Assembly: GCA_025933775.1 (NCBI GenBank)
Contig: JAICZH010000001.1
Coordinates: 7,237-71,236 of the forward strand
Reading direction: 5' to 3'
DNA length: 64,000 bases
Origin: Chitinophagaceae bacterium
GTDB taxonomy: Bacteria; Bacteroidota; Bacteroidia; Chitinophagales; Chitinophagaceae
Of the stretch, positions 10,061-19,545 are shown one piece after another. The position numbers and the translations under genes were made by a program. How positions within the stretch are numbered: the stretch's first letter is position 1; each line of letters starts with the position of its first letter. The notes beneath the pieces were generated by a model. The model was not told the DNA's origin and ran no database searches. It saw only the letters and a program-made list of their open reading frames with translations.

Positions 10061-10777
10061 ATGAAAAGAAAGGCGTTTTTTGCATTAATGCTTGCCATAT
10101 TGCTTCCCGCGGTAGGATACTTGCTGGTAAGCTATTACAGCCAAAGGGATACACAAATGCCCGGGCGATATTTTTATGATAGTGTAAACGTTTCGAAAAA
10201 AAATGGCAAAGATATCTACGATACCGTCTGGCATCATGTAAGTAATATGAAATTTACCAATCAGTTTGGTAAAAAAGTTTCTTTGGCTGATTTAAAAGGA
10301 AAAATTATTGTGCTTGATTTCTTTTTTACACGCTGTCCTTCTATTTGTCCGCGCCTTGCCAAATCAATGAAGCGATTGCAAAATTCTTTCACCGGCGAAA
10401 ATGATTCAATCGTTCAATTCATTTCTATTTCTGTTGATCCCGTTCATGACTCAGTTCCTGAATTACGAAAATGGGCAAAGAAATTTAATGTAGATCCTGA
10501 TAATTGGTGGTTGCTTACCGGCAACAGAGATAGCATTTATAATTTCGGGATTAAAGAAATAAAAGCCAACATTGCTGATGTAAATGTAGATACCGCTTTT
10601 ATACATACAGAAGATTTTTTCCTGCTCGATAAGCAAAGAGTGGTAAGAGGATGGTACAATGGTTTTGATTCCACTGCTCAAAAAAAATTAGTAAGAGATA
10701 TTCCTTTATTAATGCTTGAAAAAAATAATAAGCAAACTTTCGGTCAATTTTTGAAAGGCCTTTTTACAAACAGCTGA
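10061..10777 (+). CDS. SCO1/SenC family copper chaperone
   Basis: FFFTRCPSICP (CxxxC), ISVDPVHDS, HTEDFFLLD; ATG 10061 preferred. Confidence 0.93.
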   Translation: MKRKAFFALMLAILLPAVGYLLVSYYSQRDTQMPGRYFYDSVNVSKKNGKDIYDTVWHHVSNMKFTNQFGKKVSLADLKGKIIVLDFFFTRCPSICPRLAKSMKRLQNSFTGENDSIVQFISISVDPVHDSVPELRKWAKKFNVDPDNWWLLTGNRDSIYNFGIKEIKANIADVNVDTAFIHTEDFFLLDKQRVVRGWYNGFDSTAQKKLVRDIPLLMLEKNNKQTFGQFLKGLFTNS

Positions 10778-10801
10778 AGCCAGAATACATAAATTAAATT
10801 A

Positions 10802-11410
10802 ATGCAATTCATTTCTCCAAACCAGCTACCAGAGCCTGTTCTACAGCCTAATGACAAAAAAGCTACCTTACTGATTTGGATAATTTCTGTACTTGTTTTT
10901 ATTGCCGTTGCATTTCTTGCAGAAATAAAACTCAATATACATTTAGGTTTTGATCCGCACATTTTTGCTACAATAAATGCCATCATCAATTCAATAGTTG
11001 CTCTATTATTAATAGCCGCCTTAATTGCCGTGAAGAATAAAAAATTTTATTTGCATAAAAAAATAATGCTTACTGCCATTGTACTTTCATTTCTTTTTTT
11101 GCTTTCTTACATCTGCCATCATTTATTAAGTGGCGATACAAAATTTGGAGATATTAATCATGATAATATTTTGAGCAGTGCAGAAAAAATTCGGGCAGGT
11201 AACATACGGTATGTTTATTATTGCATTCTTGCCACACATATTCCGCTTGCAGGAATTATTCTTCCGTTTATTTTGTTTACAGCATACCGGGCTTTATCGG
11301 GAAATTATGAAAGGCATAAAAAACTGGCAAAAATTACATGGCCCATCTGGCTGTATGTTGCTATAAGTGGAGTAACGGTTTATTTAATGATAAGGCAGTA
11401 CTACATTTAA
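10802..11410 (+). CDS. DUF420 membrane protein
   Basis: HKKIM, YICHH, ILATHI, HKKLAKITWPIWLYVAISGV; usual companion of cox/SCO genes. Confidence 0.88.
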   Translation: MQFISPNQLPEPVLQPNDKKATLLIWIISVLVFIAVAFLAEIKLNIHLGFDPHIFATINAIINSIVALLLIAALIAVKNKKFYLHKKIMLTAIVLSFLFLLSYICHHLLSGDTKFGDINHDNILSSAEKIRAGNIRYVYYCILATHIPLAGIILPFILFTAYRALSGNYERHKKLAKITWPIWLYVAISGVTVYLMIRQYYI

Positions 11411-11435
11411 TAATTTATTTTTTAAAAAATTTTAT

Positions 11436-11828
11436 TCACAATCCCAATTCCTCATAAGGATCCCAAAATAATTTTTTAAAATTAACAACGGTATCCTTTT
11501 CCACTTTTACCTTTTCTTTTGCTAATAATTCTTCCATAAGTGTAGGCGTTGCAAAATGCGCTTTACCAGTCAGCATTCCATTACGGTTTACCACACGATG
11601 TGCCGGAACTTTGGGCTTTGCAGCACTCGCAGCATTCATCGCCCAGCCCACCATTCGTGCAGAAAGTTTTGTGCCCAGGTAATTGGCAATGGCGCCATAA
11701 GAAGTAACTCTGCCTTTTGGAATTTGCCTTGCCACTGCATACACATCTTCAAAAAAACTGTATTGCTTTGTGATGGTACGAGGCTTTTCATTTTTTGATG
11801 GCCTCTTTTTAGAAATTTTTCCGGTCAT
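11436..11828 (-). CDS. Alkyltransferase-like protein (ATL, MGMT family, non-catalytic)
   Basis: IPKGRVTSYGAIA, ARMVGWAM, VPAHRVV (Ala replaces the PCHR cysteine); ATG 11828 preferred. Confidence 0.9.
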   Translation of the reverse strand: MTGKISKKRPSKNEKPRTITKQYSFFEDVYAVARQIPKGRVTSYGAIANYLGTKLSARMVGWAMNAASAAKPKVPAHRVVNRNGMLTGKAHFATPTLMEELLAKEKVKVEKDTVVNFKKLFWDPYEELGL

Positions 11829-12086
11829 TTTTAATAGAATACTTATTAAAAAAATAAGGAGGGGGGGGTTCATTTTTTCTTATCTGAGAAACAAATTCAA
11901 CAAATTTTTCTACAATTTTTTTACTGATACCCCGCTTTCCCAATTGTATTTTTATTGTACTAAGTTTAAAATTAGATTGTTTTAGTGAGACCACCTGCGC
12001 ACAGAAACAATCTTTTCGCCCCATATAAAATTAGCGGCATAAGAATTGTTTGCGCAACATTATAAAAATATCTAAAATTTAATTTT

Positions 12087-12710
12087 ATGAAAACGCTAAT
12101 CATGTCTTTGTTTTTTTGTTGCATGTATTGCTTTGTATTTGCACAAACGCCCACCGATACTACTAATATGAATAAAAAAAACATGGATACACTTCCGCCA
12201 ACTAATAATACAAACCTGATGGACAGCTCATCCATGATGAACAACAATAACAATAATCGAATGGACAGTTCATCCATGATGAATAATAATTCAATGAATA
12301 ATAATAATAATAGAATGGATAGTTCATCCATGATGAATAATAATTCAATGAATAATAACAATCGAATGGACAGTTCATTCATGAACAACATGCCTGGAAT
12401 GCGCGGATATGCGGCGCTTCCGGTATTGGAAAGCTATGTACCAGCCGATATAGTTTCAAAAGTGAAGGAAAGATATGGAAACACGGTATATGATATTACT
12501 TCCATAAAAGTAATGCCCGATTCATCACTGATGAATCATGATTCAACAATGACTACTCATGATTCTACCATGAATCAAATGGGAACAGGCGCTAATGCAG
12601 CGATGCCACAACAATTTAACTATGCAGTAAGGTTTGAAAAAAACGGAATGATGAATATGGAAGTTTTAAATAATGATGCAAGCGCTTTGGTGCCAGGTAA
12701 GCAATATTAA
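12087..12710 (+). CDS. Secreted Met/Asn/Ser-rich repeat protein, unknown function
   Basis: Signal peptide ending VFA-Q; four MDSS(S/F)M units; ordered C-terminal part; terminator downstream. Confidence 0.8.
   Translation: MKTLIMSLFFCCMYCFVFAQTPTDTTNMNKKNMDTLPPTNNTNLMDSSSMMNNNNNNRMDSSSMMNNNSMNNNNNRMDSSSMMNNNSMNNNNRMDSSFMNNMPGMRGYAALPVLESYVPADIVSKVKERYGNTVYDITSIKVMPDSSLMNHDSTMTTHDSTMNQMGTGANAAMPQQFNYAVRFEKNGMMNMEVLNNDASALVPGKQY
12219..12390 (+). repeat. Imperfect in-frame tandem repeat (42/54/51 nt periods) encoding MDSSSMMNNN units
   Basis: atggacagytcatccatgatgaa units begin at 12219, 12261, 12315 and 12366. Confidence 0.9.
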
Positions 12711-12731
12711 TAGCTATGAAATTTTATTTTT

Positions 12732-12765
12732 AAAGCAGCCGTAATTTTTTTAACGGCTGTTTTTC
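12732..12765. terminator. Probable bidirectional intrinsic terminator
   Basis: CAGCCGT...ACGGCTG stem with A-rich left flank and T-rich right flank between convergent genes. Confidence 0.7.
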
Positions 12766-12944
12766 TTTTTTAATAAATCACTTTTTAACGGCTCTGCCAC
12801 GTTTTTATAATTGTATGGACAATGCCTGCATCCATTTCCACAGCAGTTGCCTCTTTGCAAAAGATACTTTTCTGTAAACACAAGAAAATTATTTTCATCG
12901 TAATAAAAATGAATCCCTTCAATAAAATTTTCCTCACTGCTCAT
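12750..12944 (-). CDS. Small Cys-rich protein (DUF5522-like)
   Basis: VFTEKYLLQRGNCCGNGCRHCPY; start overlaps the trmB stop. Confidence 0.8.
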   Translation of the reverse strand: MSSEENFIEGIHFYYDENNFLVFTEKYLLQRGNCCGNGCRHCPYNYKNVAEPLKSDLLKKKNSR

Positions 12945-13635
12945 AGCTGCTTTTTAAAAAATTATTAAGCTCGTCGGCTGCATTTATTATTTTTTTTGGT
13001 AAAGAAAAACAGAGATAAAAAATTTTTTTGCTTTGCGAAATATCCAGGCTTTCATAATAGGTTTTTATATTCAATTCAGCAGAAATTTTTTGGGATTGAT
13101 ACAAATCATCAACATCATCAATTAAAGTAAGCCCATATAATTCAATAACTTTTTTTGTGAAATTATATAAACCGGGGGAATCTGTTTTTAAATGAATTTT
13201 TCCATCTTCTTTTAAAATATTTTTATATAAATTTAAGTATCGCGGATACGTCAACCTTTTTTTTGCTTTTGAAATTCTTAATTGCGGATCAGGAAAAGTG
13301 ATCCATATTTCTTCTACTTCATCTTTCGAAAAATAAGAATCTATTTTATGAATTTGTGTGCGAAGAAAAGCAACATTGTTGAGTTTATTTTCCAATGCAT
13401 ATTTTGCGCCTACCCACAACCGGTTTCCTTTTATATCAATACCAATAAAGTTTTTTTGAGGATATAATTGCGCCAGCCCTGTTGTGTATTCACCCTTGCC
13501 ACAAGCGAGTTCCAGTACAATAGGAAAATTATTTTTAAAAAAATTATTCCATTTCCCCGCCATACTTTCAGGATATTCTAATACGTTTTGAAATTCTTTT
13601 ATCTCTGCAAATCTTTTTAATTTTTTTTGAGCCAT
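12934..13635 (-). CDS. trmB: tRNA (guanine-N7)-methyltransferase
   Basis: LELACGKGEY, GIDIKGNR, ITFPDPQ; ATG 13635 (MAQKKLKRF). Confidence 0.95.
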   Translation of the reverse strand: MAQKKLKRFAEIKEFQNVLEYPESMAGKWNNFFKNNFPIVLELACGKGEYTTGLAQLYPQKNFIGIDIKGNRLWVGAKYALENKLNNVAFLRTQIHKIDSYFSKDEVEEIWITFPDPQLRISKAKKRLTYPRYLNLYKNILKEDGKIHLKTDSPGLYNFTKKVIELYGLTLIDDVDDLYQSQKISAELNIKTYYESLDISQSKKIFYLCFSLPKKIINAADELNNFLKSSYEQ

Positions 13636-13742
13636 TGCAGCAAAAATAAGCTGATACAATTATTTACCGGCTGTATTCTACCCTTCACCGATTTTTTTCT
13701 TACACAAACCTATTCACTATTTTAAACTTTTTATTTTGATTT

Positions 13743-13750
13743 TACATTTG
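13743..13750 (+). promoter_or_regulatory. -7 promoter element for the liaF-like operon
   Basis: TACATTTG matches TAnnTTTG, 18 nt before the ATG. Confidence 0.6.
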
Positions 13751-13768
13751 TTTTATAAATAAAAAAAT

Positions 13769-14563
13769 ATGGAACAAAATAAAAATGAAATACATCAGTT
13801 TGGCGGCGATAGAAACCCCCGTATATGGGCCGGAGTTTTAATTTTATTAGCAGGCATTTTATTATTGGGCTATAAAATGGGCGTTCCGATTCCCGGCTGG
13901 GTTTTTACATGGCCTGTATTATTAATTGCAATCGGTTTATTGGTTGGGATTAAAAGCAGGTTTCACAATCCCGGTTCTTTTATAATGATTTTGATCGGCT
14001 GTATTTTTTTAATAGACCAAACCAGCCCCGGGCTTAATTTTCACGATTATATTCTTCCTGCAATACTTATTTGCGTAGGGCTGATTTATATTCTTCGGCC
14101 AAAGAGCGCATACAATGCAAGGGGCAATAGAAGATGGCGCAGGTATATTAATGAAAGCCCCGATTACAATTCATCTAAGGAAAATTATTATCCCATTAAA
14201 AACGACACAGGCGTAGAAGATAATTCGGAATATGTAGAAATAAATGCCGTTTTCGGGGGCGTAAAAAAAATTATTCTTTCAAAGAATTTTAAAGGCGGTG
14301 AAATAAATTGTTTTATGGGCGGCGCTGAAATAAATCTTATAAAAGCCGACATTCAAAAAAATATAAAGCTGGAAGTAACCAACATATTCGGAGGAACTAA
14401 ATTGATTGTGCCATCTAACTGGGATGTGAAAAATGAAGTAACTGCTGTATTTGGCGGTATTGAAGATAAAAGAAATGTAGCTGGTTTCGTTGCCGATCCC
14501 GGCAAAGTATTGATATTACATGGCACGTGTGTTTTTGGCGGCATTGAAGTAATTAATTATTGA
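13769..14563 (+). CDS. LiaF-like cell-envelope stress membrane protein
   Basis: N-terminal TM block; C-terminal FGG repeats (AVFGGVKK, NIFGGTKLIVP, AVFGGIED). Confidence 0.85.
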   Translation: MEQNKNEIHQFGGDRNPRIWAGVLILLAGILLLGYKMGVPIPGWVFTWPVLLIAIGLLVGIKSRFHNPGSFIMILIGCIFLIDQTSPGLNFHDYILPAILICVGLIYILRPKSAYNARGNRRWRRYINESPDYNSSKENYYPIKNDTGVEDNSEYVEINAVFGGVKKIILSKNFKGGEINCFMGGAEINLIKADIQKNIKLEVTNIFGGTKLIVPSNWDVKNEVTAVFGGIEDKRNVAGFVADPGKVLILHGTCVFGGIEVINY

Positions 14564-14611
14564 TTTAAATTTTTTATTACAAAATATTATTCAATTATAA
14601 AAATCAATTAT

Positions 14612-14971
14612 ATGAAATGGTATCTTGCAAAACTGGTTTATAGAATTATTTGCGGAGAGGGTACACACACCCCACAGTTTGATGAACAATTGCGGCTGGT
14701 ATATGCCGAAGACGATTTGCATGCTTTTCAAAAAGCACGCATTACCGGCCATAATGAGGAAGATAATTTTTTAAATGATATTCATAAACCAGTTCATTGG
14801 AAATTCATTGATGTTTCGGAGCTGCATCTATTAACAGAGCTTATTGATGGCGCTGAATTATATTCTAAAATTTGCGAAGAAGAAGAAGCAGACCGGTATA
14901 TAAAAGTTACCAAACAACGGGCATCTTATATTCTTGAAAACAGTATGCAAAAAGCATTTCCATTAAATTAA
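14612..14971 (+). CDS. DUF4288 domain protein
   Basis: MKWYLAKLVYRIICG...FDEQLRL...WKFIDV. Confidence 0.75.
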   Translation: MKWYLAKLVYRIICGEGTHTPQFDEQLRLVYAEDDLHAFQKARITGHNEEDNFLNDIHKPVHWKFIDVSELHLLTELIDGAELYSKICEEEEADRYIKVTKQRASYILENSMQKAFPLN

Positions 14972-14976
14972 AGGTT

Positions 14977-16029
14977 TTGCAAAATTCAATTACATCGCAA
15001 AAAAAATTAATTTTTGCCGGTATAATATGCTGGATAATCATAAGTATAGTTTATTCAATCATACTTACGGGCATATTAAAAAATTTTAAACTTACCACAG
15101 CAGAAATAGTTGTTGATGCAATTATTAATAATATTTTTCTTACCGGAAGTTGCCTGCTTGTTCTAAATAATATGCGTTATTATTTGCCAAGAAAAGAAAA
15201 GTATTGGTATGTTTTAACTATCAGTTTAGGCTTAAGTGGTATTTGTGTTTTAATAACAAAAGGATTGCTTTGGACAATATTTAAAAATGATAGCAATTAT
15301 ACACAAGCGCTTTCTCAATCCACAGGTGTGCGTTTCTGGATTTTATTTTTATTAATTGGTTGCATGTCCATGATGTGCCTGCTTTGGTACACGCAGGAAG
15401 AACAACAAATAACGAATGAAAGAAAAACTGATTTAGAAAAATTATCAAGAGAAGCCGAACTATTTAAGTTGCGGCAACAATTACAACCTCATTTTTTATT
15501 CAATAGTTTAAACTCTATCAGCGCGCTAACCGGTGCCCAGCCTGAGAAAGCGAGGCACATGATTCAGCAGCTAAGCGATTTTTTGCGTGGCACATTAAAA
15601 AAAGATGATCAGCAATGGAATACTTTACAAGAAGAAATAGAATACCTGCGGCTTTATCTCGATATAGAAAAAGTGCGCTTTGGGCACCGGTTGCAAACGA
15701 AAATAATTTATACTGATGAAGTTTTATTATTAAAATTACCCTCTTTATTGCTGCAGCCCGTTGTAGAAAATGCAATTAAATTTGGCTTATACGATACTAC
15801 AGGCGAAGTATTAATAAAGCTGGAAGCGGCTAAAGAAAATAATTATTTAAAAATAACCGTGAACAACCCTTACGATCCGGAAACCTCTCAACCATTGAAA
15901 GGCACAGGCTTTGGATTAGCATCTGTTCAGCGAAGATTATATCTTTTATTTGCCCGGCAAGATTTATTACAAACACAAAAAGATGAAACTAATTTTATTA
16001 CAACTATTCTTATACCTCAAATAATATGA
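14977..16029 (+). CDS. LytS/YehU-family sensor histidine kinase
   Basis: QLQPHFLFNSLN, LQPVVENAIKFG, GTGFGLASV; TTG start. Confidence 0.92.
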   Translation: MQNSITSQKKLIFAGIICWIIISIVYSIILTGILKNFKLTTAEIVVDAIINNIFLTGSCLLVLNNMRYYLPRKEKYWYVLTISLGLSGICVLITKGLLWTIFKNDSNYTQALSQSTGVRFWILFLLIGCMSMMCLLWYTQEEQQITNERKTDLEKLSREAELFKLRQQLQPHFLFNSLNSISALTGAQPEKARHMIQQLSDFLRGTLKKDDQQWNTLQEEIEYLRLYLDIEKVRFGHRLQTKIIYTDEVLLLKLPSLLLQPVVENAIKFGLYDTTGEVLIKLEAAKENNYLKITVNNPYDPETSQPLKGTGFGLASVQRRLYLLFARQDLLQTQKDETNFITTILIPQII

Positions 16030-16754
16030 AAGTTATAATTATTGATGATGAGCCATTGGCAAGAAGTATTGTAAAAGAATATTTACAGCCTTACAACGAT
16101 ATTGAAATCGTAGCAGAATGTAACGATGGCTTTGAAGGAATGAAAGCAATTCAGCAATATGAGCCGGAACTCATTTTTCTGGATGTGCAAATGCCAAAGA
16201 TCAATGGCTTTGAAATGCTGGAGCTAATTGAAAATCCTCCGTCGGTAATTTTTACAACTGCGTTTGATGAGTTTGCTATAAAAGCTTTTGAGCTAAATGC
16301 AACTGATTATTTATTAAAACCATTTAGCAAAGAACGTTTCGATAAAGCCGTTCAAAAATATGTAAACAAACCTATTCATTCATCATCCCAACCTGTAATT
16401 GATATGGCTGCACAATCTCCCGGCCAGCAAAATCGTATTGTAGTAAAGGATGGCAGTAAAATAAAAATTATTCCCGTAAATCAAATTCATTATCTCGAAG
16501 CCGCTGATGATTATGTAAAAATTATTACCCACGAGGACTCGTTTTTAAAAAAAAGAACCATGAATTTTTTTGAACAATCGCTGAGCGCCCACCAGTTTGT
16601 ACGGATTCATCGCTCTTATATCGTAAATACCCAATTTATAAGCCGTATTGATATTTATGAAAAAGATAGCCACATAGCGATATTGAGTACCGGAGCAAGA
16701 TTGCCCATAAGTAAATCGGGATATTTCAAATTGAAAGAAATATTGGGGATTTAA
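16026..16754 (+). CDS. LytTR-family response regulator
   Basis: Receiver (IIDDE, FLDVQMP) plus LytTR (FVRIHRSYIVN); ATGA overlap with the kinase. Confidence 0.95.
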   Translation: MKVIIIDDEPLARSIVKEYLQPYNDIEIVAECNDGFEGMKAIQQYEPELIFLDVQMPKINGFEMLELIENPPSVIFTTAFDEFAIKAFELNATDYLLKPFSKERFDKAVQKYVNKPIHSSSQPVIDMAAQSPGQQNRIVVKDGSKIKIIPVNQIHYLEAADDYVKIITHEDSFLKKRTMNFFEQSLSAHQFVRIHRSYIVNTQFISRIDIYEKDSHIAILSTGARLPISKSGYFKLKEILGI

Positions 16755-16990
16755 AAAGCCTTTTTTTATTTCCAGAGATTTTAAATGCGGAATATTCTCC
16801 CCTTTATTTTAATAAATTTTTAAATAGCCGCTACTTTTGGAATTTTTGACGAATAATTTGGAAACCTAACCAGCTAATTAAGCCAATCGTAATAATTTTT
16901 TTGAAAGATTTTCAAAAACCATACGAAAAGTCGTTTCTACAGCCATTATTTGGTTTAATTATTGTTGAAGTAAAAAAACCTGTGGACAAA

Positions 16991-17368
16991 ATGTTACCTA
17001 TGGATAAAATATTAATTGTAGATGACAACTCCGATATACGCTGGGTTGTAGAAACGGTTCTTAAAAGATACGGCTTTGAAGTAATGGCGTTGCCCAGAGG
17101 GGAAGATGTAATTCCCAAAGCCAAATCTTTTTCTCCACAACTTATTTTACTGGATGTTTTTCTTTCGGGTATTGATGGCATTGAAGTATGTAATCGGTTA
17201 AAACAAAATACAAAAACAAAAGACATTCCTGTCATTATGTTTTCGGCACATACCAATTTTACCGATATAAAAAAATTTTGTAAAGCCGATGATTTTATTG
17301 CCAAACCTTTTGATGTAAATGAACTGGTTAGTAAAATTCAATACCAGATTAAAGAAAGCGCTGCATAA
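16991..17368 (+). CDS. Single-domain response regulator
   Basis: ILIVDDN, LLDVFLSGIDG, FIAKPFD; ATG 16991 or 17000. Confidence 0.88.
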   Translation: MLPMDKILIVDDNSDIRWVVETVLKRYGFEVMALPRGEDVIPKAKSFSPQLILLDVFLSGIDGIEVCNRLKQNTKTKDIPVIMFSAHTNFTDIKKFCKADDFIAKPFDVNELVSKIQYQIKESAA

Positions 17369-17421
17369 ATAAAAGGCAAACTTTTTCAAATAAAGCCTGT
17401 GCGGAATCATTTTTTTGCATT

Positions 17422-17826
17422 TTAATCTTCATAATTTCTTATTTTTTTACGGCCATCTTTAATAACACTTTTTTCTTTTTTTCTTTTTTTTCTTTTTGTA
17501 ATTGATGTTTTTGTTGGTTTGGTGGGTTTTCTTTTTTTTCTTTTAATTAAAGCATCGTTTATTGCTTTGTTTATTTTTACAATTACTGCTGCTTTATTTT
17601 CGAGCTGGGTTCGGTGGGTGCTGCTTTTCACCCGAAAGAATCCATCGCCAGTAATTTTATTTGAAAGCTTTTCAAGAATTATTTTTTTTTGTTCATCATT
17701 TAAAATTGCAGATGAAGATATGTGCAATTTTCCCATTACCATCGTTTCTACTTTGTTCACATTTTGGCCGCCTTTTCCGCTGCTGCGGGCTGTGGTAAAT
17801 TCTATTTCTTTTATAACATTTATCAT
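17422..17826 (-). CDS. arfB: Ribosome rescue peptidyl-tRNA hydrolase ArfB
   Basis: ARSSGKGGQNVNKV (GGQ motif), RTQLENK, basic C-terminal tail. Confidence 0.93.
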   Translation of the reverse strand: MINVIKEIEFTTARSSGKGGQNVNKVETMVMGKLHISSSAILNDEQKKIILEKLSNKITGDGFFRVKSSTHRTQLENKAAVIVKINKAINDALIKRKKRKPTKPTKTSITKRKKRKKEKSVIKDGRKKIRNYED

Positions 17827-17958
17827 TTTTTAAAATTACAAAAATTAAAAAGATATGACCCGTGAAAAGAACATTGCAAGAATTAATACGTAATTTGTTA
17901 AAAGGTTAATTTTTATAAGTACAAAAAATTTGACATTTTTGCATTTAACCATCCGTAA

Positions 17959-18717
17959 ATGAAGTTAAAAGGTATATACAGTTCCCTTTGCGACAGAAAA
18001 TATTCAGGCAAAAAATCTTTTGCTGTATTAATTGACCCCGACAAAGTGAACGATGAAAAAGTGCAGCAATTAATTGAATTAAGCGTAACCGCCGGCATTG
18101 ATTATTTTTTAGTGGGCGGCAGCCTCGTTGTTTCCAATTACACTGATGAATGTGTCGGGCTTATTAAGCGGCATTCAAAAATCCCGGTGATACTTTTTCC
18201 GGGAAGTCCGAACCAGGTTTCTAAAAAAGCGGATGCGTTATTGTATCTCTCGCTGATAAGCGGGCGCAATGCGGATTTGCTGATTGGGCAGCATGTTGTA
18301 AGCGCTCCGGTAATAAAGCAAAGCGGGCTTGAAATAATGAGCACCGGCTACATGGTAATTGATGGTGGCGCTCCCACAACGGTTTCTTATATTTCTAATG
18401 CATCGCCTTTGCCTGCCGATAAAAATGAAATAGCCATGTGCACTGCTATGGCTGGTGAAATGCTGGGCATGAAATTAATTTATATGGATGCCGGCAGCGG
18501 CGCCAAAAGAGCCATTACAGAAAGCATGATAGAAAAAGTGGCCGGTTGTATTTCAGTGCCTTTAATAATTGGCGGCGGCATTACCGATCCTGAAAAAGCT
18601 TATATAAATTGCAAAGCCGGTGCTGATGTAATTGTAGTGGGCAATGCAATTGAAAAAGATGAAAACCTGATAATGGAAATTGCTTCGGCAGTGCATTCGG
18701 TGCCGGTGAAAGTATAG
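17959..18717 (+). CDS. Geranylgeranylglyceryl/heptaprenylglyceryl phosphate synthase (PcrB family)
   Basis: LIDPDK, VGGS, SLISGRN, YMDAGSGA, IGGGI, VVGN motifs. Confidence 0.9.
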   Translation: MKLKGIYSSLCDRKYSGKKSFAVLIDPDKVNDEKVQQLIELSVTAGIDYFLVGGSLVVSNYTDECVGLIKRHSKIPVILFPGSPNQVSKKADALLYLSLISGRNADLLIGQHVVSAPVIKQSGLEIMSTGYMVIDGGAPTTVSYISNASPLPADKNEIAMCTAMAGEMLGMKLIYMDAGSGAKRAITESMIEKVAGCISVPLIIGGGITDPEKAYINCKAGADVIVVGNAIEKDENLIMEIASAVHSVPVKV

Positions 18718-18743
18718 CTAACGGTAATGGCTATACGAAGTTT
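18718..18743 (+). repeat. Dispersed gene-end motif, copy A (CTAACGGTAATGGCTATACGAAGTTT)
   Basis: Begins immediately after the GGGP synthase stop codon; consensus match. Confidence 0.75.
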
Positions 18744-18822
18744 AGTTTTTACAAAACAATGTGTACCTCCAAAAAATCTTCAAGATATAACTAGGTTTTA
18801 TTACGCTTGCCTGCAAATGATT

Positions 18823-19500
18823 TTATTGCCCCAATTTGTTTTTATATGCCAGACTCATAACCTGCGAACTGGAATTAACATGCAGCTTTTCATAAATGTT
18901 GGCAATGTGTTTTCTAACAGTGAAGATGCTGATGTAAAGCGTGTCGGCTATTTGTTTTGGGCTAAAGCCTTTGATGGTATATTGCAAAATTTCTTTTTCT
19001 CTTTCTGATAATAAATTATTAAGTGAAGATAATCCACTTTCGGTTGTTGTAGTTTTTACAGAAGCTTTGCTAAGTATATCAAAAGTTTTTCGCGCTATTG
19101 ACGGACTCATAGGAGCGCCTCCCTGTTCTAAAGAATTGGTAATAGCATTTCGAAGAGAAATGGCATTATCATCTTTTAGCAAATACCCGTTGGCGCCTGC
19201 TTTTATGGCTTCAAAAATTCTATCATCATCATCAAACACGGTAAGCACAATCAAATGAATGGAAGGATATAAAACTTTTACAATTTGTATTAACTGTATG
19301 CCACTCATGTTGGGCATCTCAAGGTCAACAAATAAAATCTGTGGCAATTTTTCAGGCGATAATTCTTTTAGCTTTTCAAGACAGGCGTCACCTTTTGGCG
19401 CAACGAAAACCACTTCGAGGTCGTCAAAGCTTTGCACTTTGCGTACAAAAGTGTTTCTGTTTACCATGTTATCATCCACAAAAGCAACTTTAATAAACAT
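18823..19500 (-). CDS. NarL/LuxR-family response regulator
   Basis: FVDD, VDLEMPNMSG, AGANGYLLK, LSEREKEIL...TVRKHIANIYEKLHV. Confidence 0.95.
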   Translation of the reverse strand: MFIKVAFVDDNMVNRNTFVRKVQSFDDLEVVFVAPKGDACLEKLKELSPEKLPQILFVDLEMPNMSGIQLIQIVKVLYPSIHLIVLTVFDDDDRIFEAIKAGANGYLLKDDNAISLRNAITNSLEQGGAPMSPSIARKTFDILSKASVKTTTTESGLSSLNNLLSEREKEILQYTIKGFSPKQIADTLYISIFTVRKHIANIYEKLHVNSSSQVMSLAYKNKLGQ

Positions 19501-19545
19501 AATTATAAAGTTGAGCTATTTAGCTATTGAAGTCAATACTTATTT

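Noticed and set aside
11436-11828. MGMT homolog lacking the catalytic Cys
   Set aside because: It fits the known alkyltransferase-like (ATL) family.
11861-11868. G8 tract as a phase-variable switch
   Set aside because: A single short run upstream of the likely ATL start, with no evidence of length variation in one sequence.
11972-12391. Minus-strand ORF with LLFIMDELSI repeats
   Set aside because: Antisense shadow of the real Met/Asn repeat gene.
17519-17833. Overlapping alternative-frame and antisense ORFs of the track (this one and many 60-130 aa ORFs)
   Set aside because: They lie within well-supported genes and show no recognisable motifs.
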